Source: Piromyces finnis finn (taxonomy: Eukaryota > Fungi > Neocallimastigomycota). From it: a DNA stretch of 64,000 bases. Under the pieces are notes generated by a model, which was not told where the DNA came from, made no database searches, and saw nothing but the letters and a program-made list of their open reading frames with translations. The DNA lies in contig MCFH01000037.1 of the NCBI GenBank assembly GCA_002104945.1, forward strand, positions 434,001-498,000, read 5' to 3'. Made by a program: the position numbers and the translations under genes. The first letter of the stretch is position 1. Each line of letters starts with the position of its first letter. Of the stretch, positions 49,997 through 64,000 are shown in pieces.

Positions 49997-51916
49997 TTAA
50001 TTTGTTTTATTGAGTTCCATATCTAACAATTTACTCATTCTTAATCTTTCTAAACATTTCTTATAATAATCTCTTTCTTCCATAGGTACACTACTATTGT
50101 AAACATTTCCTCTAAGAAAATCAAATACTTCTTGTAAATCCTTTTCAGAAGTTAATTTATTATTAAATTTTTCTTCTTCTAACATTCCGTTGATTATGTT
50201 TTTCATATTTTGTGGGTCAAATAAAGAAGTTCTATCAATGCTAGAGGATTGAGATAATGATGTTGTAAAAGAAGAAACTAACAATGAATTATTGTTAATT
50301 ATTTGGGTATTTTTATTTTCCTTGTTACTGCAATAACCAATATTATTAGAGCTTTGCTTATCATTTGCATTAATATTAATATTGATGCTTATATTATTTA
50401 AAGAATTACTAACACCACTATTATTTTGGAATATATTAATATTATTGTTTATATTTATAATAGATGGTGAGTCTGTACTAGATGAAGATACGGGTTCTTG
50501 TGTATGAATAGTAGAAGAGGAAGATAATGCTATCATAGAAACTTGTCTATTTTTAGTTTTATTTGATTTTACATTTGAATTTATAATGAAGTTTGAGAAT
50601 GATGTTGAATTTACAAATGAAGAATTTGTATTTGATATGTTGGAGTTAATGCGAGTAATTGGTGGTGTTAATGGGGTTGGTATCATAAATTCATTGATAT
50701 TTTCATCGAATATTTCTGGTTCACTAGCATGTGCTAGTGGGAAATAACCAGTTTTATTTTTATTTTCTTCATCAGAAATAACCTTACCAGTTGCCCAACC
50801 ATCTTTGTATACATTAATAATTTCAACTTTATCACCTAGATGTAATTTTAATTCATCTGAACGAACTGGTATATAGTTTTTTACAATAGTACAAATCATT
50901 TTAATAGGTGGCATAGCAATATTTTTGGTATTAATAGATAATCTTTTTTTATTTAAATTCATTATCGAAAGATTACTTGGTTTTTTATTTTGATTTCTAG
51001 TATTAGTACTAATTTCATTATTTTTTCTAAATTTCTTAATATCGTTGTTTGATTCTCTGCTTGATGAATCACAAAGTAAATTATTTTTACTTGGTTTGAT
51101 ATTTAAAGAAATACGTCTTGGCGCTATAACGCTTGTACTATTGATTCTTACATTACTAGAAAGTCGTTTATCCAATTTTCTGTGTCTAAGTTGACATTCT
51201 TCATCATCAGAAGCTGCCCATCCATTATTTTTACGAATTTCTAATATTTCTTCTTCTGTAAGCTCATAAAAATTCCTTGTATTATTTTTGTTATGTTTTC
51301 TTTTATTAATTTTGTGAAGAAATTGCTTTTCTTCTTCAGTTAATGAAGTATATGAATTATTCAATTTTTCATTTTTATTTATTGCTTCTAATTCTTCTTT
51401 AGTTAAATTGAAAATACTATTTCTTTTTCTTTGGTAAACATTGAAAAAGCCCACACCAACTAAAGCAATTGATACAATACCACCACCATACATATAATAA
51501 CTATTTTCACTTTTACTATTTTCATTATTATTATTGGCTTCATTAGTATTATTATTTGAATTCTTTGCTTTTTCAACTATAATAGAATTCTTACTTTCTT
51601 TTTTAGTATTGGATTCTTTAGTATTTTCTTTGCTTATATCATCGTTAGTGTGAATATTTATTTTTGACTTTAAATTGAAAGATTCATGTTCCTTCTCTAT
51701 AAATTTTTTTCTATATTCAAAAGAAAATTCAGGGTTTAATAATTTTATTGGATCTTTTTTTGATAAGACATGTTTATGATGTTTTTTCTTTTGATTTTTA
51801 TTTATTATACCATTACCATGAACTATTTGGGTAATACATAAATAAAGAATAACAAGTTTAATAAATAATTTATGATTAGCCATGTTTGTCATTTTCATAT
51901 TTATGAAGTAATTCAA
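49997..51916 (-). CDS. single-pass membrane protein with signal peptide and cytoplasmic SH3 domain
   Basis: Hydrophobic N-terminus, TM segment YGGGIVSIALVGVGFFNVY, SH3 (VKNYIPVRSDELKLHLGDKVEI...DGWATG...GYFPL). Confidence 0.8.
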   Translation of the reverse strand: MNYFINMKMTNMANHKLFIKLVILYLCITQIVHGNGIINKNQKKKHHKHVLSKKDPIKLLNPEFSFEYRKKFIEKEHESFNLKSKINIHTNDDISKENTKESNTKKESKNSIIVEKAKNSNNNTNEANNNNENSKSENSYYMYGGGIVSIALVGVGFFNVYQRKRNSIFNLTKEELEAINKNEKLNNSYTSLTEEEKQFLHKINKRKHNKNNTRNFYELTEEEILEIRKNNGWAASDDEECQLRHRKLDKRLSSNVRINSTSVIAPRRISLNIKPSKNNLLCDSSSRESNNDIKKFRKNNEISTNTRNQNKKPSNLSIMNLNKKRLSINTKNIAMPPIKMICTIVKNYIPVRSDELKLHLGDKVEIINVYKDGWATGKVISDEENKNKTGYFPLAHASEPEIFDENINEFMIPTPLTPPITRINSNISNTNSSFVNSTSFSNFIINSNVKSNKTKNRQVSMIALSSSSTIHTQEPVSSSSTDSPSIININNNINIFQNNSGVSNSLNNISINININANDKQSSNNIGYCSNKENKNTQIINNNSLLVSSFTTSLSQSSSIDRTSLFDPQNMKNIINGMLEEEKFNNKLTSEKDLQEVFDFLRGNVYNSSVPMEERDYYKKCLERLRMSKLLDMELNKTN

Positions 51917-53553
51917 AAATTTATTTATAGTTATGTATGTTTATTCTGAATTGGTTTAAACAACTTTAAATATAATGTTTAATATATTAAATTATAACTT
52001 TATTTTCATATATATTTAATATTGTTGTTTATATAAAAAGTATTATTACAGTTATAACTCTATAATGATATTTTTTTAAACTTTTGAATTGGTTTTATTT
52101 ATTGAAATTATGATAAAATTGATGATTAATAAATTTATTTATAAAAATTTTATTAATTATATTCAAAGTGGGTTAATTTATGATAATTGTTTATTTATCA
52201 ATATTTATTGTTGATATATATTTATTAATTATATTTAATTAATTAATAAAATTGAGATTACTTTTTAATACTGAAATCTAATAAAAAGGTTTCAGAAATA
52301 ATGTATTTAGTATATATATAGTTAAATATTTTATAATCTCTTTTATAAATAAGAATTGTTAATAATAATTCTTTTCTATTTTAATTATTTTTTTTAAATA
52401 AAAAAAAAACAATTATATTATTTCGTAGGTTTTAACATTAATGTATAAAAGAGAGAAATAAATAAATAATTATAAATTTAAAAAAAAAAACCTATAAATT
52501 ATATATTTATTTTTCTCTTTTATTTTATTTTTTATATCCTCTTATTTTTAAAATTAAATAAGAAAAAAAATTTTTTTTTTGTGAATTTTAAAATTTTTTG
52601 TGTTAAATTAAAAGAAAATAATACATATATTATTTTATATTAGAATATATATTAACAATATAACTTAATATAAATAAAATTTAATACCAGAAAATAAAGT
52701 TATTTAAATGTTACACAAAATATTATAATAAAATAACTATTTATCAGTAACATTTAATAATATATAATATAATATACTATATTATTATAATATATTATTT
52801 AAATTGAATATATTTCAATTATTTGAATTTATATAAATATTTATTAAATAATATTGAATAAATATTAATAAATAATAGACGAAATATTAAAATATTCCTT
52901 TTATAATTATTAAAGTTTGAAAAATAATAGATAATATATTATTATCGATTATTATATTCAAAAAAAAAATACTATAAAAGGAGAGATAATAATGTAATAA
53001 TTATCAATAATAACAATATCAACGGAAACATTAAGAGTACTAAATAATTCTTTTTAAATATGTTACAGTTTTAACGAAATTATTTTCAGATGTTATATTT
53101 TTTTAAAAAAAGTACTTATTTTCAACTTTTTAATATTTTCTTTTCTTTTTTTTTGCATTATCTAATTTTACATTTCTTTATAATCATTTTCTAATAATTA
53201 ATGTAACATAAAATATTAAAAGATTTATTGATTTTCAAAATTCTATTTCGTGTAACATATACCAAATTTTCTTTTTCTTTTTTTATTTTATTATTTTAAA
53301 ATGGTTTAATATAAAAACTCTTTGAATGTATTGTTGTAATTTAATTATTATATAAAAAGTTAAATTATATTTAATTTGGATAAAATAATAATTAATTTTA
53401 TATAAATATATTGGATATAAATTTTAATATATTTATTTTAAATTAAAATGGTAAATTATATTTAGTATTAAATAAATAAATTAAAAAAAAAAAAGTTGGG
53501 TAAATTGATAAAAGAATGCTTTTTATGAATTAGATTACATTATAAATACTATA

Positions 53554-55566
53554 TTACTGCATATCCCATTTACTTTTTTTAACATATCCTATAAAATATA
53601 AAATATCAATTTTAATGATAATTAGCATTTTTAAATTACAATTTATTTTATATTTATATTGTATTTTATATGGTATACCTGTTGACGTTGATGAGGTAGT
53701 TGTCGAATTTTTAGAATTGGCTATGGTTACAGGAATATTATTAGGTTTTGAAGAAAATGATAATGAAGCTGATATTTTATTTATATTGGTATTAGCTGCT
53801 GCAGCTTTGGCGGCAGCATCTTTAATTTGTTTTTGAATTTTTGCTGAAACTTCAGCAAGGTCAATTCCACTTGTTTTTGGCATACTAGATTGTACAAATT
53901 GTATACTTGGTAAAACACCAATACCTCCTTGATTTGGTAATTGAACTGGAACTGGAACTGTTTGTATTTGTACTTTAGTTGTGTTTTGTTTATCTAATAA
54001 AAATATAAATAATAAAATAATAATTGAGTCAATAATCTATATATTTACAACAACAAAATATAATCTTTTTTATATATTTCCATCAAATAAGCTTTGAAAT
54101 AAAATGTATTATTTACATAATTCTTTGTAATGTGCTTTTTTTGGTAGCATTAATGGATTAAATTTATCTTTTGCAAAATTTGAACCTATTTCTTTAATTC
54201 CCAAAGTATCTATTAAATTTCTTATAATAAATGGATCTTCTAATGCACTGTTCTTGTCAAAATTTTTATCAAATACTAAACCCTTCGCTTTTTTATATCT
54301 CCACTCACTAAATCTATTCTAAAATTCATTGGGAAATTTTGATTAAAATAATTAATAACTTTCAATATTAAGATTAAAATTGAATTTTACAAAATAATTA
54401 ATAATTACTTGTAACTCGGGATCACATTTATCATTTGTTTCAATAGGTAAACCATAGTCTTCTAAAATTAATTTTATATCTTCCATATTACTATCATTAT
54501 CATTTTTATCTACTACATTTATTTCTACTGTACTTTTATTCTCACTTTCCTTATTTTCTTTATCATTTTCACTTGTTGACGATTTATTCTGTTGAGAATT
54601 TTCATTATTTGGATTCAATAAACCATAAATTCTTTTTTTTAATGCATATGTACGTTCTTTATCATGTAAATTTATAACTTTTAACGATGAATTATCGTTA
54701 TTCAATGTATTATTAATCAACTGAGATATTGCTTGTGAAGGATTAGCTCCTGATTCTGTATCTGATGTTGTATTATCTGAATTTATAATTTTTGAAGAAG
54801 CTTCATTTTAAAATATATAAAATTTAAAAAAAAAAAAAAAATCAATATTCAAAATCTTTTATATTTTTAATATTAAATATCTGGATTATATATACTTTTT
54901 TGTTTTTGAGAACTACTTGCTTTTCTTCGGATTAATGATGCAAATAATGAATTAGATTTTTTTGGTCTTGGAGAATTTCCTAGAAATTTTAAAAAATTTT
55001 AATATTATTTTATAATAATTATGTTTTTTATTTTAATTATCATTATTATTAAATAATACCATTGAGTTTATCTATTGAATTATCTGACATCTGAAATTTA
55101 TTTAATAGTAATTATTCATATTATTAGTCAGTATTTAAATAATAATAGATCTTTAATATTTATTAAAAAAATTTTTTTTCTTTTTACCTTTCTTTTTTTA
55201 TTAGAAATGTTATTTGAATATATAATTACATCTCCATTATTATTTGAATCGGTTGTATCATCATCACTATCATCATCATTATTATAATTGACTAAACTAA
55301 GTAAACCTAAAGATATTAAATAAAATATTTATATATTTTATTCATTAAATACATTAATAATTATTATAAAATATCTCAATTGAGCATTTATAATTATTAT
55401 TTAATAACTGATAGTTTTAGTATATTAATTAAATAAAAAACAATTTACCATGACTATCTGTATTTAATGTACTGTTTGTGGTGTTTGGAGATTTATTACT
55501 TGTTTGATTATTGTCATTATCACTATCATCATCACTATAATAATTCAAATTTAATAATCCGTTCAT
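53554..55566 (-). CDS. HCNGP / SAP30BP-like protein, multi-exon
   Basis: Start MNGLLNLNYYSDDDSD; CDPELQ|NRFSEW; DPFIIRNLIDTLGIKEIGSNFAKDKFNP...HYKEL; terminal KKSKWD. Confidence 0.72.
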
Positions 55567-56860
55567 GCTTTGGTTACGATTTATTTGTTTAGTATTGCCG
55601 ATTCTTTGATGTTTTATTAAATTGCTTATTTATACAATCCTTTGTATATTTTCCTTTAATTATTATATAATATTAAAAAAATTTAAAATAAAAGATTAAA
55701 AGATATATTTTAAAAAGATTTTAAAATTTAATGAAATTCAAATTTAATAAATTTTATTTTAATTAATTTCAGTAGCATTTCATATTTAATATTAAACATA
55801 TATATAACTTACTTTTTACTAAATTAAAATCTTTAAATGGCTTATTATTTTTTTATTTTTATTTTTATTATTATTATTATTTTTCTAATAAATTCTTACT
55901 ATACAATTAATTAAATTAATTTGACATTCTTAAAATTTGATTTACTTTATTTTCATTTATATAATTAAATTAACATAAATAATGAAGCCTATAATTAAAG
56001 GTTAAAAATCTATTTTACCTTTTATCTTATAATATATTAATATTCAAGTTAAATATAAATAAAACAAATTGGAAATTTCAATAAAGCAATTTTCAAATGT
56101 AGAAGTTGAATGTGTCAGTTTTGAAAATTTTATATGATTTAATTTTCAAAAAATAGTGTATTATAAATGTAATTAAAAATGTAATTAAAAATGTAATAAA
56201 AATGTTTTTCTTTTTTTTTACATAAAATTTAAAATAATTTACATTTATCATAGGCAATAAACTTTATAAATATTAGAAATTTATAAATTTAGAAAATTAT
56301 TACATTAAAAGAAATTAATTTTTAAATAATAAAACCAAAACAAAATACTAGGTAAACTAAACCCAAGGAATTTATTTAAAAATAAAAAGTAAAAATAAAA
56401 TCAATATATATAAAATTATTAAATTTGGAATTAAACAATAAAAACAAAAGGAATAAAATAAATACAAAAATATATAAAACATTAAGCTTATTATATTATC
56501 TAATATTATCTTTTATGGATAAAAATAAATTTCATTTTAATTTTTACATAAATTATAAATCTTTTCAAAGAAAATTAATATAATTAATTTTAAATAATAA
56601 AAAGCAATATATAGATAATTAAACAAACAAATTAATAGAAACAATTAAATTATAAATATTCTGTTCAAAATTATTTATATTTATTCTAATATTCTTTCAT
56701 ATAATATATATTTAAATATCATATTTATAAGAATTAAAAATATTATTAACCCAAAAGTGAGAATCTTCAAATCATTTATATACCTTTATATCAAACTAAG
56801 AAAGAGGAAAAAAAAAAAAAAAAAAAAAAAAAAAAACGAAGTTTATATAAATATATACAA

Positions 56861-59800
56861 ATGAAGAATTGCGATAATTTTCATTTTAATTCCTTACTAT
56901 GTCAGCTTTTATACACATTATTATTTATTAATGTTATAACAAAAGTATTAGCTAACGAAAAAAATCATAAAGTATTTTTCATTATATTTTTTAATATTAA
57001 ACATAATATCAATTTATATTTAATAATACAATTTTTAAATTTATTTTTAAAAAATGTTAAAAATATATTGAATTTAAAATATAAAATAGTACGAGGATGG
57101 AGAGAAAGTTATTCTCTGGGCCAATACAGTAGGACCATATAGCAATCGTCAAGAAACATATGATTTTGATACATTACCTTTTTGTTTATCTCAAAAAGAC
57201 AATATTGAGCACCGTGAAACTTTAGGTATGTATAATTTACAATAAAAAATTTAGGGATATTAATAATTAAGAAATTTAATTATTTATAATTTTAACTATT
57301 AAAATTAAAGGTGAAGCTCTACTTGGATATGATTACAAAAATACTGGTTTAGAAATTAACTTTAAAGGTAAGATATAGGAATTTTATTTTATTACTAAAA
57401 TAAATAATCAATATAAAAAAAAAATTATATATTTAATATTATTTGTAATATAAATATTTAGTTGATATGGAAAATAAGAGTATTTGTAAAAAAATTTTGA
57501 ATGCCTCGGAACTTGAAAAATTTATATATGCTATTAAAAACAATTATTGGTTCGAAATGTATATGGATGATTTACCAATACATGGTAATTTAACAATGAA
57601 AACAACGTAATAATTTATCAATTAAACTTTGCATTCTTTCTAACCTATTTCTAATATAGGGCTTGTTGGAGAATTGAAAGATAAAGATGTTTATTTGTAT
57701 ACTCATTATGAAATAATAGTAAAATATAATGAAGAAAGAGTGAGTAAAAAATTAATATTTAAAAAAGAAAATAAATAACAACTCTGTTATAAACTTATAA
57801 TAATATAATTTATATTATTAATTTTTTTTTCTTTTTCTTTTCATTTTTTAATCTTATAAAATTTAAATAAAGATCATTCAAGTCGATTTTAATAAGTAAA
57901 TATTAATATACAAGCATTTCTCTTATCGAAACCATTTTCTCTATTGTTTTAAATAATTAAATTTACTAAATATATTATTTTTAAAAATCATAGTGATAAT
58001 CGTAAACCAATAAAGTTACCAGAACTTCCATCATATGAAGAAATTAAAAAAAATAAAAATGCATTGTCAAAAATAATAAGCAATATTGAATTTTCATATT
58101 CAGTTAAATGGGAAAAAACAAACATTCAATTTAGAGACAGGTTTGATCGTTATTTAGAATCATCCGCTTTAGAATTTAAAGTAAAAATTTTTTTAGTAAA
58201 ATATATGATTTTCATTACTCTAAAAAGTACTAAATTAATAACAAAAAATTATAATTTTTATTTTTAGATCCACATTATAGCTGTTATAAATTCTATAATT
58301 ATTGCTTTCCTTTTAATTGCAATTGTAATTACAATTCTTTATAAAACTTTAAAAACGGATTCAAAGAGTTCAAATGATTTAGAAGCTGGTTTATTAAATT
58401 TTGTAAGTTAGATGTATAAATTATTAATGCAACATTAAATCCTTTTTTTTTTATTAATCAATTAATAAATATGTTTAAACCTAACAGGATACTGATTTTG
58501 GAGATGATTATGGTTGGAAATTAGTTCATGGTGATATTTTCCGTCGTCCACCACACTGTGCAATTTTATCAACTTTATTAGGTTCTGGTATTCAATTAAT
58601 TATCCTTTCATTCATTGTTATAGTATATACCATGCTTAGAGATCTTTATATAGAGTATGCTTATTTAATTATTAATTTTATAAAAATAATAATTTTTATA
58701 TTCCTTATTCTAAATAATAAATAATTATTTTTTACTCAATTTTATTAAATAGGCAGGCAACAATATTAAGTTCTATTATATTTATCTATGCTATTACATC
58801 CATGATTGGTGGTTACTACAGTGGTAGTTTTTTCGCCAAATATGGAGGAAGAAGTTGGATTAAAAATATGTTCTTAACAGCATGCCTTTTTCCATGTATC
58901 ATTGGAGGCGTTACCCTTATAATAAATTTTATTGCTATATATTATCAAAGTTCAAGAGCAATTCCATTTAAATCAATGGTAAATTAAAATTATATATATT
59001 ATAAGATTTAATATCTTATCAACATTAAATAATAAAAAAAAAATAATATCGATAATAATATATTATTAAAAAAATATTATTTATATAATTTTTTTTTTTT
59101 AAATATGTAATATCAAACAGTTAAGTATATTTGCTATATGGTTATTTATAATTTTCCCATTAACTTTATTTGGTTCTATTATTGGTAAAAACTTTGCAGG
59201 AGATTCAAATAATCCATGTAGAACCAATTTAATTCCAAGACCAATACCAGAAAAACCATTGTAAGTAATAGTAACGTAATTTTTTTAAATATAATTATTT
59301 AAAGAGTATCATATAGATACTAAATTAATATATATTGTTGATTTAGTTATTACCAACCAGTAATATTAATTTTAATGTCAGGAATTTTACCATTTGCCTC
59401 AATTTTAATTGAAGTATTTTTCCTTTATTCTTCTTTCTGGGCATACAAAATTTACTCCGTCTATGGCATTATGCTTATAATGTTATTTATTTTAGCAATT
59501 TTAACTGCATGTGTTTCAATTATATCAACATTTATATTATTAAATGCTGAAGATCACAGATGGTATAATAATACATTTAATAATATATCTATGTTTTGTA
59601 ATAATTTTAATATTTTTATTAATTAAATTATCTATCATTTTATATTTTATTAAAAACTATTAGGCCATGGACATCTTTCTTCTCAGGTGCTTCTACTGTT
59701 ATATACATATTTTTATTCTCAGTATACTATTTCTTTAATAAGACAAAGTAATTTTCTTTATATATATTAAATATAAAAAGTATAATAAATAAAAAAGGAC

Positions 59801-60096
59801 AGAATAATATTAAATATCTATTAAATTAATTAATAATAATTGAATAAATATTTAGATCAATTAAAAAAAAGTTATTGATATAAAAATATCACTAAATTTT
59901 AATTTTATAATTAACCTAACTTATATATCATCGAATTTTATTAATTTTTAGAATGCATGGTCTTTTCCAAATAATATTTTACTTTGGTAATACTACAATA
60001 ATATGTCTTTTACTAACATCAATTTTGGGTACCATTGGATATACAGCATCCAATTGGTTTGTAAGGAAAATCTATACAAATGTTAAAATTGATTAA
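56861..60096 (+). CDS. transmembrane 9 superfamily (nonaspanin/EMP70) protein, TM9SF3-like, many exons
   Basis: [22 protein letters not shown]...[67 protein letters not shown]-terminal IYTNVKID*. Confidence 0.93.
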
Positions 60097-60727
60097 GTGT
60101 ATTTAGTCAATTAAATAGAGTTAACATCTATTTACAAAAAAAAAAAAAAATTATAAATAATAGAATAAATCTAAAATATTATAGATATAAATAATAATAA
60201 ATAGTATTTAAGTAGATAGTTATAATTAACAACAACTAATCATATAAAAAAACAATAACTAAAAACTAGAAAAAAAAATAATATTAAATAAATAAATAAA
60301 ATAAAATAAATATATAATATAATAAAATATAAAACATTAAAAAAGAAAAATTATAATAAGTATTTATAGAATATCCTTTTTAATTTAGCTTTTTTAAATT
60401 TACAATCTGTTAATTTTATTATAAGGATTCATTTTTATATGCTTTTTTCTTTGATTTATTATTATTTTTTTTTTTTTTTTAATATCCAATGTAATTTTAA
60501 TCAATTAAAAAAAAAAAATGAAATGAAATTAAATATAAGAAATTAAGTGATGAAATAATAATAAATAAATGATGGCTTTGTTATTAATATTTTTTAAAAT
60601 TTTTTTTATTTTTATTATTTATTTATTTGTATAACGAAAAAAATATTTTGCTATTATAATTATATGTATAATTTATTGATTAGCTGATATATAATTTTTA
60701 TTGTTGTTTTTACTGTTGTTATTATTA

Positions 60728-63700
60728 TTAATTCAATTTTCCTTTTTCTTTTAATCTTTTTTCTCTATATGTTTCTTTGGTTTTTCCTACAGTATACGAT
60801 CTTACTAATTTCTTTCTAAGTTGGACTGTATTACGAGATTTTATATCTGTTTTTAATATGTAGATATCATCCATAAATGATTTTGGTGTTAAAATACCAG
60901 TTGAACCTTTTTTTTTTTTTTTTAAATATATATATAGTGTAAATTTTAATAATTAAATATTGAAAATACATATTTTATGTATAATAAATTTTTATAAAAT
61001 ATAAAAAATAAAATAAATACCAATGATAATATCACGATTATGTTCTTTAACCATATCGTACACTTCACGCATTTCTGCATAAGTCATTCCACCTAATATA
61101 AATATTATAATTCTTGCTCCATAAGTTCTTAAATCATAAATATTTTTATCATTAGTTCTTCTAGCCCAAGTTGGCTTATAGTTTTGTAAAGACACATCAT
61201 CATATAAAACTTTGTGTGATTTTGGTTTTTTTATTTCATTTAATGTTTCATTAGCTATTGCAAGATTAGTATGTTTAAAAAATTTTTGTTTTGTTTTTTC
61301 TTTTATTATATCCTAAATAATTTAAATAAATTAGAAAAAAAAAAAATTTTTTTAATAAGATATAATATCTTGACTAAAAAATGTTGTATTTTATCTAATT
61401 ATTTAAAAATATTACTTACCCTTATTAAAATTTTTATTGGAGTAATATAACGACTTAAATCTGAAATTTCATATCTTTGATTCTTACTTAATTTTTTCCT
61501 TTTTTCAGCAAGATAACTCTTGAATTCAGTTGATTTTATATTAATGATATCATCAGATATTGTTACATTATTATTTTGTTTTTCAACATCTAATAAATCA
61601 TAGATTTTTTGTTCGTCAATTGCTGCATCAGAACAAAGGTTTGAAATAGTAGATTTCATTATTGATTTACTACATAAAACATACAACATTATTAATTGCA
61701 TTTTTTCCCTTGAACTATTAATATAATATATATATCAAAAAAAAATAAAAGTCAATTAATCAATTAAATATCTATTTGTTTTTATTATTATTACAAAAAT
61801 ATATATACATTAATAAAAATATCTTACTTTAAATTTCTATCTTGAACAAATGTTCTTATTTGAGATAATAGTTTATTATCTACAAAAGATTCATCAGCAA
61901 GATCCTATTTAATTATTTATAAATTTAATGATAAATAATAATATATACGAAAATAATTTTTTTTAATAATAATTTAATTCATTTTAGTTTTATACATATA
62001 ATATTTACTTGTTCTATTGTTGCAACATCTCTATTAATTTCTTTCTGTGCAGTATAATAATCCATACATTCTTCAATTAATTTTTGATGCATAGTTGCTT
62101 TATCTTTGATCATTAGCTGTTTTGGAATTTCATAAGTTTGCATTTTTAACTTATTTAATGAAACTCTATAAAGTAAAAATGAAAAAAAAAAAAAAAAAAT
62201 CATTATTATTTGCTTTTTAATAAAATTAATTCATATTATGCAATGATTTTAATACGCACCCTTCTTCATTATTTTGAGCAAATTTAGTGCATTCATCCAC
62301 CTTTTCTTTAACATATTCCATAGCATCAGAAATATACATATGACGAATATCTCTCTATTGAATATTTTTTAATTTAAAGAATGATTATAAATGGTTATAT
62401 AACTATAATAATTAAATTTGAAAAAACATATACGCTAAGTTTATTACCCAAAAATCTTCATTTTCATTTAATTTTTCTTGTTTATTTGTTCCATTACTCA
62501 TTGTATATCTTTAAATTTTTTATAGAGTGAGAGAGTTTATAATAAGAATTTAAAAATATTATTTATTATTATTCTTAAATCTCCTTATTTTTTCATCAAA
62601 TATAAAATTTATTTGCTATTACCTATATATAACACCATCTTCAATGTCTGCAATATCATTAGCCATACCTTGATAATAAAAATCATGAAGTAATGGACCA
62701 ACTAAATCATAAGAACGATCGACAATAATCATATTTGTTCTTTTATAAGGTGTTTTCTTTGGAAAATCACCATCAATATCAGTCAAGTTATCTAATTTTT
62801 CTTGTAATTTATAAGCAAATTTTGAGGCAATATTACTAGTATTACCGTCTGGGTCAAAATATCTAATATCTGGATAATCTCCAAGTGTAGCAAGTAATGA
62901 CACTACCTTTATTTTATTAGAATTTTTGGTATTTAATATTTAATATTTCTAATTGTATTATTAATTTTTTTTTTTTTTTTTTTTTGTTTTTTTTGTTTTG
63001 ATTTTTTGTTTTATAATAATTTGGATAATTTATATATTAATTGATAATATATTTTTGAATTATATTACTTTATTAGATATATCTTCCAGTGTATTGTTTT
63101 GAAGTTTTGAATTATAAAGTCTTTGGAAACATTCCTCGGAACGAATAGTAAAAACTCTTGATTCAAAAACTAATATTTATCATAGTTTAAGGATTTTATT
63201 TTTTAATATATAATTCATTTAAAATTTATAAGAAATTAGTCAATATTATAATACTTTATTTTTACTTTATAAAATATTTAATTTTTTTTTTTTTTTACCG
63301 AAGAAATCAACATATAATTCTTTTAAAATTTCAACAGAATTAGAAATAATTTTTAATTTTCCAATTAAATCATCTGTGACAGCTTTAATAAGAAAAAAAA
63401 ATTATTACATAATTAAAATTATAATTTAAAAATAACAATTTATTATTAATAAATATAATTTTTTAGAAATTTCATTACTTTTTGTAATGTTTTAATAATT
63501 ATATAATAAATATAAGAATAATTACTATTTGTAAAGAATATATTTGCGGTGGAATACATGTTTTTATTTCTAAAATCATTAACAACGAATTGAATAGATT
63601 CATCTGTTGGAGAAATAAAATAAATAGCATCATATGTTGGAAAAGAATCCTTACGGTCAATTCTATAAATTACTTTTTAAATATAATTTTATAATTGATA

Positions 63701-63964
63701 TATATTTAGAAATATTAATATTATTAAATTTATATCTTTGCACTCAAATAATTAATATCAATATATATGATAATAATAATAATTATTTCCAATACATATT
63801 TATATTTATATTAAAATTCACTAAAATTTGAAATTACATTCAACATTCTCATTAGCAAGTTCACTACGGGAAAAAATCGAAAATATAATATCATGTGTAT
63901 AATAATCAACAATTAAAATTTTTGAAGAAGAATTAACTTGTCTTATCATATCCTCAATGATATC
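60728..63964 (-). CDS. SEC1: Sec1/Munc18 family protein, 5'-incomplete (first exon beyond the window)
   Basis: KILIVD, IIVDRSYDLVGPLLHDFYYQGMANDI, IRHMYISDA, LSRYITPIK, IIIFILGGMTYAEMREVY, IGSTGILTPKSF. Confidence 0.9.
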
Positions 63965-64000
63965 TTAATTTGTTTTGTATATTCAGAAAAATATTTGCCA

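Noticed and set aside
52000-53500. Possible hidden gene or element in the 1.5-kb gap
   Set aside because: Almost pure A/T with no exon-like GC islands, repeats or terminal structures.

Overview
Extremely AT-rich, intron-rich eukaryotic DNA. An anaerobic gut fungus (Neocallimastigomycota) is inferred from base composition, short GT-AG introns and a presequence-less aconitase. Host genes in order: ALG3 (-, many small exons, mostly missed by the ORF track), a TLDc-domain gene (-), aconitase (-), a class I sirtuin (+), an SPX-ACT-ACT-phosphoserine phosphatase fusion (-), a Bzz1-like F-BAR/C1/2xSH3 gene (-), an XLF/NHEJ1-like gene (+), a single-pass SH3 membrane protein (-), an HCNGP/SAP30BP-like gene (-), a TM9SF3-like gene (+) and a 5'-incomplete Sec1/Munc18 gene (-). 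About 21 kb is retrotransposon. One element is a Ty1/copia (5135-11216) with a candidate half-tRNA-Lys(CUU) primer site, TG...AA LTR ends and a LINE fragment in its 5' LTR. The rest is a 15.6-kb nest of five co-oriented copies of one single-ORF APE-RT LINE (15498-31080), whose insertion order can be partly reconstructed from target-site duplications. Strongest leads: (1) the SPX-ACT-SerB fusion; (2) the LINE's structured, apparently intron-containing 5' leader and its template-jump products; (3) the copia priming and terminus oddities. All calls were made by eye; no database search or folding program was run.
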